A DNA stretch of 36,851 nucleotides from Scenedesmus sp. PABB004 (Eukaryota): contig JABVCE010000008.1 in NCBI GenBank assembly GCA_014905635.1, positions 1,426,001-1,462,851 of the forward strand, written 5' to 3'. Position numbers and translations under genes: made by a program. This document shows, one piece after another, positions 10,539 through 21,588 of the stretch (the first letter of the stretch is position 1; each line of letters begins with the position of its first letter). Below the pieces are notes generated by a model. The model was not told the origin of the DNA, made no database searches, and saw nothing but the letters and a program-made list of their open reading frames with translations.

Positions 10539-10969
10539 GTCGGCTGCTGCTGCCGCTGGCGGGCTCGCCGCGCGGCCCCGATGCGCGGCCGGCGCCCGGC
10601 TGCTGTCGACTAACTCTGTGCACCTCGGCGGCGGGGACAGGGCGCGTGCGGTTGACCGCGCGCTCAAACCCGGCCTAACGCGCGCGCTGAGGGCTGGCCA
10701 GGGCTGAGGGAGCCCCCTCCGCCTACTCGCCACCTCAGCAGCTCCGCCCCGCCCGCCGCCTCGCCGCCGCAGCCCGCCGCGCGCCGCCGCGGCCAACCCC
10801 CGCTGCCCGCGCGCCGCGGCCGACCACCTGCTGCCCGCGCAACGCCCGCCCTGGCCAGCGCGAGGGCGGGACCTCACAGCCGCTCGCGCCCGGCTGAGGC
10901 ACCCCGCGCCAGCTGCGCGACCACCGCGCGGCGCAGCGCCCGCCGCGCGGCGCAGCCTGCTGCTGCGCG

Positions 10970-11898
10970 ATGGGCGTGGTGTCGCCGCGCCACACGTATG
11001 GCAAGGTCTTCCGGCCCCCCGGCGCGCCGGCGGGCACGTGGCATCACACGCCCTGGTGGCACTGTGAGCCAGCGGCGCCGCGCGCCGACGAGGGCGCCGC
11101 CGCGCTGCGGCCGGGCGCGCCCAGCACGCCGCGCGGCCGCAGGCGTGTGGCACGACCCCTACGAGCGCATCAACTTCTGGAGCCACGCCCTGCCCGGCGC
11201 CGTGCTGCTGCTGCTCGGGCTCGCGGCGCACGCGGGCGTGGCGCGCGGCGGCGACGCGCTCGCCGTATTCTGCTGCTGCGCCGCGACGACGCACCTGCTG
11301 TCCGCGCTCACCCACGTCTGGCCGGACGACCACCTGCTCGAAAAGGCCGACCACATCGGCATCGTCGCGCTCATCGTCGGCACGCCGCTCACGCAGCTGA
11401 TGGTCCGCCGGCGCCGGGCGCCGCGGCCGGGCGCCACCGCGGCCGGGCGACGCTCGCCGCCGACCCTCGCCGCCGCTGCACCGGCGGCGCCACCGGCGCA
11501 GGCGCTGGACCCGGGGCACGACCGCACGACGCTGCTCGTCGCGAGCGCCGCGCTGCTGGGCGCCGCGTTCCTGCCTCCCGCGCCGCGCACCGCGGGGTTC
11601 ATCGGCATCGGCGCCGTCATGGTCTGGACGCTGCAGCACATCGTTGACGGGCCGCTCGTGGTGCAGTGCCTGCTCTACGTCGCGGGCGGCCTCGCGTTTG
11701 TGCGGTGCGCCGCCGCCGCCGCGCCGCGCTCGAGCGCACGCCCCCCGCCCCCGAGCGCACGACGCGCGTGCCGCTGCCTCCCCCAGGAACGGCGGGCACG
11801 ACCGCTGGCTGGGGCTGCAGGACCACCACTTGCTGCACTACAAGGTCACGCTGGCCTGTGCCATTCACGTGGCCGCGATCATGGCCCGCGCGTCGTAG
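10970..11898 (+). CDS. PAQR / hemolysin-III family membrane protein; exons 10970-11033, 11143-11402, 11502-11704, 11787-11898
   Basis: Family motifs ERINFWSH, SALTH, DHIGI, LLYVAGG and HHLLH, with multiple hydrophobic segments. The first intron needs a GC donor. Confidence 0.85.
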
Positions 11899-12249
11899 CC
11901 GGGCGCCGTGCAGACGCGCCGGCGGCACAGGGTTGTGCGTACGGGCGACGCTCTGGGGCGAGCTCTCTCTCCGATGCAGGAACACACCAGGCTCGTGCGC
12001 TCCCCCGCGACCGCGCCCCAGCAGCCGCCGTGCGACGTCCCGCAAGCAGCTTGCGCGCCGCCGCTGCCCGCCACCCGCGCTGCCGCTGCCGCGCCCCGCC
12101 CGCTCGCGCCCGGTCGCTCCCCGGTCCGGCACTCCGCCCGGCGACGCGACCGCGCGCCCGCGCGCCCGGCCGCGGCAGCGGCCGCCACGGCAGCGGCCGC
12201 CGCGGCATCCCGGCGCTGCTGCCGCCCGGCCGCCGGCGCCGCCGGCGCG

Positions 12250-12774
12250 ATGACGACGCTGCGCCGGTTCACGTGCAACGACCTGTTTACGTTCAACAAC
12301 GTCAACCTGGACATCCTGACGGAGACGTACAACCTGCCGTTCTATCTGCAGTACCTCGCGCGCTGGCCCGAGTACTGCGTCCTCGCGGAGGGCCCCGGCG
12401 CGCAGGCGATGGCCTACATCCTGGGCAAGGCCGAGGGCGAGGGCCGCCTCTGGCACGGCCACGTGACCGCCGTCACGGTCGCGCCGGAGTTCCGCCGCCA
12501 GGGCCTCGCCGCGCGGCTGATGGGCCTGCTCGAGGAGATCACGCACAAGGTGCACGACGCGTGGTTCGTCGACCTCTTCGTCCGCGTGTCCAACGCCGTC
12601 GCGATCGCGATGTACCGGGGCTTTGGCTACAGCGTCTACCGCACCGTGCTCAGCTACTACGGCGGCGGCGAGGACGCGTACGACATGCGCAAGGCGATGC
12701 CGCGCGACGCCGCGCGCGAGTCGGTGCGCCCGCTGCCGCGGCCGGTGCGGCCCGAGGAGCTGGAGTTTGACTGA
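12250..12774 (+). CDS. NAA20: N-alpha-acetyltransferase 20 (NatB catalytic subunit), intronless, 174 aa
   Basis: MTTLRRFTCNDLFTFNNVNLD..TETY, WHGHVTAVTVAPEFRRQGLA, FVDLFVRVSN and EDAYDMRKA are characteristic of NAA20/Nat3. Confidence 0.95.
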   Translation: MTTLRRFTCNDLFTFNNVNLDILTETYNLPFYLQYLARWPEYCVLAEGPGAQAMAYILGKAEGEGRLWHGHVTAVTVAPEFRRQGLAARLMGLLEEITHKVHDAWFVDLFVRVSNAVAIAMYRGFGYSVYRTVLSYYGGGEDAYDMRKAMPRDAARESVRPLPRPVRPEELEFD

Positions 12775-12983
12775 CTGACGCCGCCGCGCGACGCGGGGCG
12801 GGGGCCGGGGGCGTGGGCGGGGGCGGGGGCGAGGGCGGGGGACGGCTGCCCGCCCCCTGGAGAGGGGGGTGGGGGGACGCGCAGCGCGCGCCGGCGAGGC
12901 TGGCGGCGCAGCGCGTGCTGCGCGAGTGAGCGAGCGGGTGGCGCTCGGAGCAAGAGCTGCAGGGGCAGGGAGGCGCGCGCGCG

Positions 12984-12988
12984 TTACA
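12984..12988 (-). promoter_or_regulatory. TGTAA polyadenylation signal of UBLCP1
   Basis: Lies about 155 nt downstream of the stop at 13144. Confidence 0.5.
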
Positions 12989-13143
12989 GCCGGGCCGGCG
13001 GTGCTGCGAGACGCACCGCCGCGGCGCGCGCGCGCGCGCCGCGGGCAAACGCGCTGGGCGCGCGCCGCAACCGTCTCGAGACCCGCGCAACCGCACCACG
13101 CGGCGGGCGTGCGCCCGTCCGCCCGCGTCCGCGTTCAGCCGCC

Positions 13144-15002
13144 TCAGCCGCCGTGCTTCGCGAGGTAGCGCTCCCAGCGGCGGTGGTCGAGGCCGGCCAG
13201 GCTGTCGAGGCCGCCGACGAGCGTGAGGTAGCGCGCGAGGAGGAGGAGCTCGCGATCGCTGCCGCGCGTGAGGTGGGCGCGCTTGTACGGCCGGATGACC
13301 AGCCCGTTCTGGCGGTTCATGATGAAATTCCGCCTGCGGCCAAGGCGGCGGGAGCAGTGGGAGCGGGGGCGGGCGCAGTGGGCGCAGCGGGACCGGGACC
13401 GGGGCGGGTGGGGAGGCGCGGGGAGGCGGCGCCGCGGCGCGCGGCGGCGGCGGTGCGGGGAGAGGCGGGCGCCCTGGCGGGGCCGGGGCGCGGCGCCGCC
13501 GGGCGGGGGCCGCGCACCGCAGGTCATCGAGCATGACTGTGTTGCCCTCGTTGTAGTGCTCCGGGAACTTGGCCCAGATGAACGCGAGCGGCTTGCAGTC
13601 AAACACGCCGTACCGCTCCGTCTGCACCGTCACCATCGCCTGCGCCGCGGCGCAGGGGGGCGCGCAGGCGCGGCGCCGCTGAGCGTCTGCCAGGCGCGGC
13701 GGCGCCAGGCGCGGCGGTGCCAGGCGCGGCCGGCATGGGCCCGCAGCCTCGGCCGCGCCTTGTGGTCGAGCATGCAGACCAACTTGTACTGGCTGTTGCC
13801 CAGCACGCCCAGCTCCTGCATCTTCACCTGCGCGCCGGCGGCGCAGCGGGCGCGCGGCGCGGCACGGCGGCGGTCGGGGCCCGCGCCCACCGCCCGCTCC
13901 CCCCATTCCCTCAGCCCCTCTGCCGCCCCCCCCCCCCACACACACACACCCGCGCGCGCCCCGCGGCGGCGGCGGCGCACCTCGACCCACTTCATGTTTG
14001 TCGCGCTCCAGATGATGATGTCATAGTCGGCGTACGTCGCGGCGAGGAACTCGTGCAGGAAGGGCCGGGCGAGCTCGTCGGGGCGCTCCGCGCTCGAGTT
14101 GAGGTCAAACAGCGTGTAGTCAATGTCCAGCACCAGGCACTTCTTGCCTGACCACGCGGCGGGGAGGCGGCGGCGCGGCAGGCGGCGGGGCGCGCGAGTG
14201 TGAGGGAGGAAGGGGACGCTGCAGGGGCCGGGCGGGCGGCGGCGCCGGGGCACACGCACGGCGCACCTGGGCGCGGGGGGTTGAGGATCTTGACCTCGGT
14301 GCTCTTGATGCGGCGCTGCAGCTTCTCCAGCACCTCGGGCTGGTCCTTCACCTGCGCGCACGCGCGTGCGCAGGCCCCCAGAGCTCGACCGCGGCGCCGC
14401 CGCCGCGCCGCGCCGCGACTGCCGGCGCTGCGGGGAGCGGCCTGCCCCCCGCCGCGCTGCCCCGGCAAGGCGCTCGCCTGCACGCTCTGCTCCTCGCCCT
14501 CGCCGATGTCAAAGTCATCCTGCACCTCTGGCGCCGCCGCCGCCGCGGCCGCGGTCTGCGCGATGACGTCGTCGGGCTGGCCCATCATCATCACGCGCGC
14601 GCCCGGCTTGAGCGACAGCTCGCTCACCGCCGCGCCGTCGGGCGCGGGCTTGCCGTCGCGCGTCTTGAGGCCGAGCAGCTTCTGGCGCTTCGCGTCGACC
14701 TGCGCGCAGCGCGGCGGTTGCGGCGGTTGCTGGCGGGGGCCGCGGGCGGGCGGGCGGGGCGCGCGCGGCGCGCCGCCGCGGGCGCTGCACGCTGCCGCCG
14801 CCGCCACGCCGCGCTGGCCTGCTCCGCAGCCGCAGCCGCAGCCGCAGCCGCAGCCGCAGCCGCAGCGCCGCGCGGCGCGGCGCGGCGCGGCGCGCACGTG
14901 GGTCTGCTCCTGCAGCGCGCGCTTGAGGTCCTCCACGCGCGCGCCCTCCTCCAGGTCCACCGGGTACTCCTTGCCCGACCACTTGACCACGACCTGCGGC
15001 AT
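13144..15002 (-). CDS. UBLCP1: Ubiquitin-like domain-containing CTD phosphatase 1; exons 15002-14898, 14699-14478, 14351-14267, 14147-13981, 13827-13759, 13639-13518, 13333-13144
   Basis: N-terminal UBL ([20 protein letters not shown]), HAD motif [35 protein letters not shown] and DRELL. Confidence 0.93.
14826..14866. repeat. (GCAGCC)n microsatellite in UBLCP1 intron 1
   Basis: About 6-7 tandem hexamers seen directly. Confidence 0.85.
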
Positions 15003-15584
15003 GGCTGCCCCGGGCCGCGCCCACGGCGCCCGCGCCACGCGGCGGCGCCGCTGCCCGCTGCTGCTGTCGCCGGCGCGCGCCGGGAGCGAGCGCAGCCCCA
15101 CGCGCTGCCAAGCGGCGTCACGCCGCTGCGTCACACACGCTTGTGAGGGGAGCCGGGCGTGGGGTGCTTGCAGGCGCGCTGGCAGCGGCGGGGTGGACAG
15201 CGGCGGGCGGTGCGGACAGCGGTGGCGGCGCCTGCTGCTTGACGCGTGCAAGGCGGGTGGGCGGACGCGGGGGAGCGGTGATGCTTGAGCGGCGGGATTA
15301 AGGCGCGTGTTCAGCCGCGGGCGCCGCTGCGGTTCCCGGAGCGCGACGGCGCCGCCGGGCCGGCGGCGCCGTGCCCAGGCCGGCGGCGCCGGCCTGGGGC
15401 ACAGCTGGCCCCGCGGCGGAGCTGCAGCGCCAGCATCGCGCACAGGCTGGCCCCAGCGGCACCGCTCCGACCGGCCGCACCGCGTGCCGCGCGCGCGCGA
15501 GCCAGCAGCGGCGCCCGTCGGGGGCACCAGCGCCGCCGCGCCGTCCCGCTGCCTGGCGATCGCGGCTCGGCGCGCCCGCTCCAG

Positions 15585-15982
15585 ATGTCGGGCCGCCGGG
15601 AGCGGTGCGCGCACGCGGGGGCCGGCTCGCGCCGCCGGCGACGCAGGCGCAGCGTTTGACCGCGCCGCGCGCCCCGCTGCGCAGGGTCGCGTCGGCCGCC
15701 CCCGTGCCGCCCGCGCCGCCGGCGCGCCTGGAAAGCCCCTGGGGCGAGGCGGCGGCGCCCGCGCCGCCGTCGGCAGCCGAGCCGGCGGTGACGGAGCTCG
15801 TCGTGGCCGCGTTCGCGCCCCCCGCACCGTCGCCGCCGCCCGGGGGGCGTCCCGGCAGCGCCAACGAGTTCGACAGCCCGCCCAGCCGCCAGCCGGCCAG
15901 CCGCGCCGACCAGCAGCCGCCAGGGGGCGCCGACGGCGCCAAGGCCGGCGCGCCGCCGCCGGCCGCGCCGCCGGCTGCGGGC

Positions 15983-16023
<41 letters not shown>

Positions 16024-17239
16024 GCGGCCTTGCCGGCCGCCGCCGGGCGTGGCGGAGGTGCACCTCATCGGCGAGCTGACCGGCGCGACCGGCTTTGGCG
16101 CCGACTGCCTCTCCTGCAGGTGGGAGCTCGTGCACGACCCCGCGACCTGGTGCGTCAGCCGCGGCGCCGCGGCGGGCCGCACGGCCGCGTCGAGCCCGCT
16201 GCTGGCCGAGGACGGGGCGCTGTCGGGCGTCGTGTGGGAGGCGCCGCTCGACGTCGCGCTCACCACGACCAGCGCGCAGCACTGGCCCTGCCTCGTGGTC
16301 AAGGTCTTCCGCCGCAGCGTGCTGCTCGGCAGGTGAGCAACACAGCGCGGCGCGTGGGCGGACCGGGCAGCACGTGCGCCCAGCCCACGGCGGGGCCACG
16401 CGGCGCGCCGCCGCCGCGCAGGGATGCGTTCGTGGGCTACGGCCTGGCGAGCCTGCCGCGCAGCCCCGGGACGCACCACGTCAGCTGCCCCGTGTGGGCG
16501 CCGGTGGAGGCGCGGCGCAGCGTGCGCCAGGAGCTCACGAGTGCGCGGCCGGCGGCCAGCGGCGCAGCAGCCGCAGCCCTGGCGACGGCCGCCGCCGACG
16601 GCCACCCCCGGCCGCTGCCCGCGCGCCAGGCTGGTTGACGGGCCTGTCGCCGCAGCTGGTGGATGAGGGCTACATCACCAACCTGGAGCAGCGCTACGAG
16701 CAGGGCCAGGCCCTGCACACGCGCGGCGTCGGCGGCGCGGGTGGAGGCGGCTGTGGCGGCCGCGTCTGCCTGCGCCTGCACGTGCTCGCGCGCGGGCTGG
16801 GCCAGCTGCGGGGCCCGGGCGGCGGCGACAGCGTGGGCCGCTGCCTGGAGCGGCTGCGCGACAGCGTCGAGGCCATGCATCGCCACGCCGGGCTGCGCGG
16901 CCCCGCCGCGCCGCGCGACGCCAAGGTGGGGGTGCCGGGCGCGCAGGCGTGGCTGGCGGGCTGCCGCGCGCCGCGCTTCAGCGCCCACGCCGTCGACCGC
17001 AGGAGGAGGAGGAGAGCGAGGGCGTGCGCCTCGTGCGCGAAGGGCGCGCGTGGCGGCTGGCGGCGGTGCGCCAGCAGCCGTCGTCGCCGGGCGGCCGGCC
17101 CGCGAGCCGCGACGGCGCGGCCGGCCGGGACCAGGCGCACCAGGGCCTGCTGACGCGCCCCGACAGTGCCGGCAGCGCCAGCGGCGCCTCGCCGGCGCGC
17201 GTGTCGCGGGCGGGCCGGGGCGGTCCGCCGCCGCGTTGA
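15585..17239 (+). CDS. B9D2: B9-domain (ciliary transition zone) protein, B9D2-like; exons 15585-15604, 15685-16332, 16422-16540, 16630-16925, 17003-17239
   Basis: AEVHLIGELTGATGF, VWEAPLDV, WPCLVVKV, GYGLASLPRSPGTHHVSCPVWAP and GLSPQL match recalled B9D2 motifs. Junctions are in phase. Confidence 0.75.
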
Positions 17240-17772
17240 TCGCGGCGCCGCCTCTGTGACTGCGGCCGGTGACTGCGCTGCCACGCACAGCTTGCGTGCG
17301 CGGTGTGGGGAGGACGATGCGGCCATCAGCTCGGAACGCCACCGCACTGCAGTCGCACCTTGGCGGCACCAAACGGAATGTGTGCGCGCGATTGATCGCA
17401 AGCTCTCCACCGAGTCCCCCTCGACCAAATAGACTCAAGCCAGCCCCCGCGCCGCGCGGAGCTCGCCCGAGCGCGCGCCTGTGGCCGCGAGCCGCGCGCG
17501 GGCAGCAGAGCTCGCGGCCCGCGAGCGCGCACCGCCGCGCCAAGCCGCCGTCACGCGCCAGGCCGAGGCGAGGAACTCGGGCAATCGCCGCCAGCGCACG
17601 CCGGCGCGGCGGTGAGCCGCCGCGCCGCCAGCGCTGGCGCCGCCGCCCCGCGCCGCGCGCCGCCGCGACGTCGGCGCGCCCCCCGCAGCTCACCCCAGCC
17701 CGCTCCAACTGCTGGTGCTGCTCCGCAGCTCGATCGCGGCCGCCGGCGGGCGGCGGCCAACCGCCGCGTGCG

Positions 17773-18756
17773 ATGCCACGCGGCGGCCTCCTGCTGCTGG
17801 CCGCGCTGGCTGCGGCGGCGGCGGCGGCCGCGCCCGCCGCGCCCGCGCCGGGCCCCGCCGAGCCCGCGCGTCTGCCTGCGCCCGCCGCGCCCGCGCCGGG
17901 CCCCGCCGAGCCCGCGCGTCTGCCGACGTGGCGCGGCGCGGCGCCGTACGTCATCGCGCACCGCGGCGTGGGGTCGCTGCCGGAGCACACGCTCGGGGGC
18001 TACCGCGCCGCGGTCGACGCGGGGGCGCACTTCATAGAGTGCGACGTCCAGGTCACGGCGGACCTGGCCCTCATCTGCAGCCACGACGCCGACCTGAACG
18101 CGACGACCGACGCGTGGCGCCGCTTCCCCGGCCGCGCGGCGGCGCGCGTGATCGACGGCGAGGCGCTGACGGGCGTGTTTGCGGCCGACCTGACGCTCGC
18201 CGAGGTGGCCAGCCTGCGCGTGGCCCAGCGCTGGGGCTTCCGCGACCACGCCCACGACGGCGAGTGGGGCGTGCCGACGCTGCGCGAGTTCCTGGGCGTC
18301 GCGGCGGACGCGCGGTCGGCGGGGCGCGTCGTCGGCGTGTACCCAGAGGTCAAGCACGCGGCTTGGCACAACGTGCTGCCCGCGCTGCGGCGCGCGAACA
18401 CGACGATCGAGCGCCTGCTCGTCGATGAGCTGCACGCCGCCGGCTACGGCGCGTCGGCGCCCGCCGGCGGCGACGCGTGGGCGGCCGCGCCGGTGCTGGT
18501 GCAGTCGTTCGAGGCGTCCAGCCTGCGCGCGCTCGCGCGCATGACGGCCATGCCGCTGGTGCTGCTCCTCGGCGGCTGGCCGGGCTACGCCGCGCCCGAC
18601 AGCGGGCTGAGCCATGAGGAGATGACGAGCGACGCGCGCCTCGCCGAGCTCGCCACATTTGCGGCCGGCGTCGGCGTGTGGAAGGGCAGCCTCGCCGCGC
18701 CGGCAGCTGCAGAGCCGACGGGCGCGGCTGCCCACGACGGGCGCGGTGGCGGCGGC

Positions 18757-18804
<48 letters not shown>

Positions 18805-19176
18805 CAACCCAGCAGCGGCAGCGAGCCGAGCGCCGAGCCTGGCGGCGATGGCGGCCCCTGCCGCTCGCTGCACTGCTCGCAGCTCCTGCACCCGGACGCG
18901 GGCAGGGCCGGCGGCGGCGGCGGCGGCGCCGCCGGGGTGGTGGGCTCGAGCGGGCTGGCGGCGCGGCTGCGCCGCCACGGGCTCGCGGTGCACGTCTACA
19001 CGGTCCGCGACGAGCCGCAGTTTGTCATCGACGGCTGCGCCGACGTCGCGTGCGAGCTGAGCTGGCTGCTCGACGGCGTGGACGGCGTGGACGGAGTGTT
19101 TGCAGACTACGCCGGCACCGCGCGCGCGTGGCTCGACGCCCGGCAGGCCGCCGCCGCCGGCGTGGCGGCGGCGTGA
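17773..19176 (+). CDS. Secreted glycerophosphodiester phosphodiesterase (GDPD/GlpQ-like), intronless
   Basis: Signal peptide; VIAHRG, PEHTL, IECDV, ICSHD, YPEVKH, VQSFE, VHVYTVRDE and VDGVFADY motifs. Includes a 48-bp duplication (17830-17925) and a poly-Gly insertion. Confidence 0.93.
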
Positions 19177-19215
19177 GCCGCTGCGCGCGTGCGTGCAACG
19201 AGCTGTTGCGTTGGT

Positions 19216-19580
19216 CTGTGTTGCTCAGTACGCCGGGATGCGTCCTGGCAGGGTCCCAGGACGCGCAGGACGCTGACCGCTGGCCAGGACGCTGGCCAGG
19301 ACGTTGGCGGGACGCCGCCCGCGGTAGCAGCTAGCTGCGCGCGCTCAGCGCCTCCGCGACCCGCGTGCCGCGGCCACGCATTTCCCGCGACGTTTTAAAG
19401 CGAACGCGGGCGTTGCCCCGCGGCAGCGTGCAGCGTAACCGCCGCGGCGGCGCCGCCGCAGCTCAGCGGCTGCTGCGGGATCGCGGCGGTTGGAGTCCTG
19501 AGCGTCCTGCGCGTCCGTCGCGTCCCGGACGCGTCCCGGGTCAGGGAGTGGGCGTCCGGAGCACGTCCTGAGCATCACAG
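19216..19580. mobile_element. Non-autonomous DNA transposon (MITE), hAT-like, 365 bp
   Basis: 17-bp TIRs matching 15/17 (CTGTGTTGCTCAGTACG vs CTGTGATGCTCAGGACG). Perfect 8-bp TSD GCGTTGGT at 19208-19215 and 19581-19588. Inverted subterminal GGACG motifs. Confidence 0.88.
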
Positions 19581-19833
19581 GCGTTGGTTGCCCTCGCCGC
19601 CGCGGCCGGCTGCGGCCGCCCCACATGCCCGCCGCCCCAGGTCTCCGAGGTCCCAACTCATGCGGTGTGTCAGCGTCAGCAAAAGTCGGTCCGGGCGCCG
19701 CGCAGCGCCCACAGCTGCGGAGCAGGCAGCGCTCGACCCACAGCCCCTCCCCCGTCAGTCGGTCAAGGCAGTCCCTGAGCTGAGCAACCCCCAGCGCCCC
19801 GTGCGCCCGCCCGCCCTGCCGCCGCCGCCGCGG

Positions 19834-21540
19834 CTACTCGAGCGCCACGCCAGTGCCGCTCACGGCGCGGCTGCTCGCGCGGCTGCCCGCCCGCGCGGCG
19901 CGCATGCCCTCCAGCGCCTTGGCCAGCAGCGACAGCCGCCGGTCCGCGGCGGCCTGCGCGGCCTGGACCTCGCCAAACATGCCCGATATTGACGCGTGCT
20001 TCAGCGCGATCACCTGCGCAGACGGTGCGGCGCGGACTTGGCACGCAGCGCGCGGGCGGGAAGGGGCGGGAAGGGGGGAGGGCAGGCGGCGCTGCAGCGG
20101 CGACGCGCCCGGCAGCGGCCTCTGCGCGCCGCGGGCCGCACCTTGACGGCGTCCGCGCACGTCTGCGCGGTCGCGGCCACGCGCTCCTCCACCTCGGCCA
20201 GCCGCAGCGGCAGCGCCACGGCCGCGGCGGCGCTGGCCTCCGCCAGCTGCCCCGCCATGCCCGTGACAGCCTGCTGCAGGCCCTGCACCTCGCCCCGCAG
20301 CGCCGCGCACTCGCGCTGCGCGGCGCCGGCCGCGGCGCTGGCGGCCGCGGAGCCGCCGTCGGCGCCGGCGCTGGCGGGCGCCGCCGCCGCAGCCGCCTGC
20401 ATCGCCGCGACCGCCTGCTGCAGGCCCTGCACCTGCTCGGCCAGCGCCTCCTGCGCGCCGGGCGCCGAGGCGTCCGGCGGCACCGCCACCTGCAGCTGGG
20501 CCACCTTGAGCTCCAGCTGGCCGACCTGCTGCTGCACCGCCGCCAGCGCCGCCAGGCCCGCGGCGCCGCCCTCCGCGCCGGCGCCCGCGTCCTGCCGCTG
20601 CTGCAGGCCGGCGAGCTCCCGGCGCATCGCCTCGACCGCCTCCCGCTGCTGGTTGATCTCGCCCTCCAGGACGTTGAGCCGGTCGCGCGCCGCGCGGTCG
20701 CGCATCGCGGTGTCGCTGCCGAGGCTGCGCGAGCCCTCCAGCAGCTCCTGCTGGCTGCGCTCCAGCGCCGCCAGCTGCTCCTTGAGCGGCTCCAGCTGGT
20801 GCTCCGTGCCCGCCGCGGCAGCGGCGGCGGCCGCCGCCGCCACGGCGGCGGCCTGGGTCTCGATCTTGAGCGCCGTGCTGGCCTGCTGCGCCGTGAGCTC
20901 GGCCAGCTGGCCGGCCAGGTCGGCCACCGTGGCCTCCAGCTTTGCAACGGCCGCGCCGCCGCCCGACTCGGGCGGCGCCGGTGCCGTCAGCTGCGCCTGC
21001 TGCTGCTGGATGTGCTGCAGCTGCGCCTGCTGCAGCTCCAGCTGCGCGAGCTGCTGCTCCTGCAGCTGCGCGTAGCCCGCCTGGTGCGCGCCCAGCGCCT
21101 CCCCGTGCGCCGCCTGCGCCGCCTCCAGCGCCTGCACGCGCTGCTGCAGCGCCTTCACGCCGTCGGCCGCCGCGCCGAGGCCGCCGTGCAGCGCGGTGAC
21201 CTGCTGCGCCAGCGCCAGCTGCGCCTCCGCCGCGGCCTGCGCCAGCTCCAGCTGCGCGTGCGGCTGCTCGCCCGCGGCCTCGGCGGCAAAGCTGTCGGCG
21301 AGCGACCTGCGGACGCCCGGCTCTGCGGCGCCTCGCTCGGACGGCGCGGCTGAGCCGCCCGCCTCGGCGCCGCCGATGGCGGCCGCCGCGGCGTCGGCCG
21401 CGGCGGCAGCCGCCGCAAAGCGGCGCGGGCTGCTGTTGGGCGACAGCGCCGCCACCGACCTGCGCAGCTCCGCGAGCTGCTGCACGGCAGCGCCGTGCAC
21501 CGCGGCAGCCTGCGGTGACGGCTGCTGCTGCTGCTGCTGC

Positions 21541-21588
<48 letters not shown>

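Noticed and set aside
8107..10707. 866-aa plus-strand ORF and similar long antisense ORFs (17551-18993, 21753-23795, 23471-25915, 31727-33763)
   Set aside because: Antisense shadows of real genes caused by GC and codon bias.
10998..12770. Apparent PAQR-NAA20 read-through ORF of 590 aa
   Set aside because: It crosses introns. PAQR stops at 11898 and NAA20 is in another frame with its own ATG.
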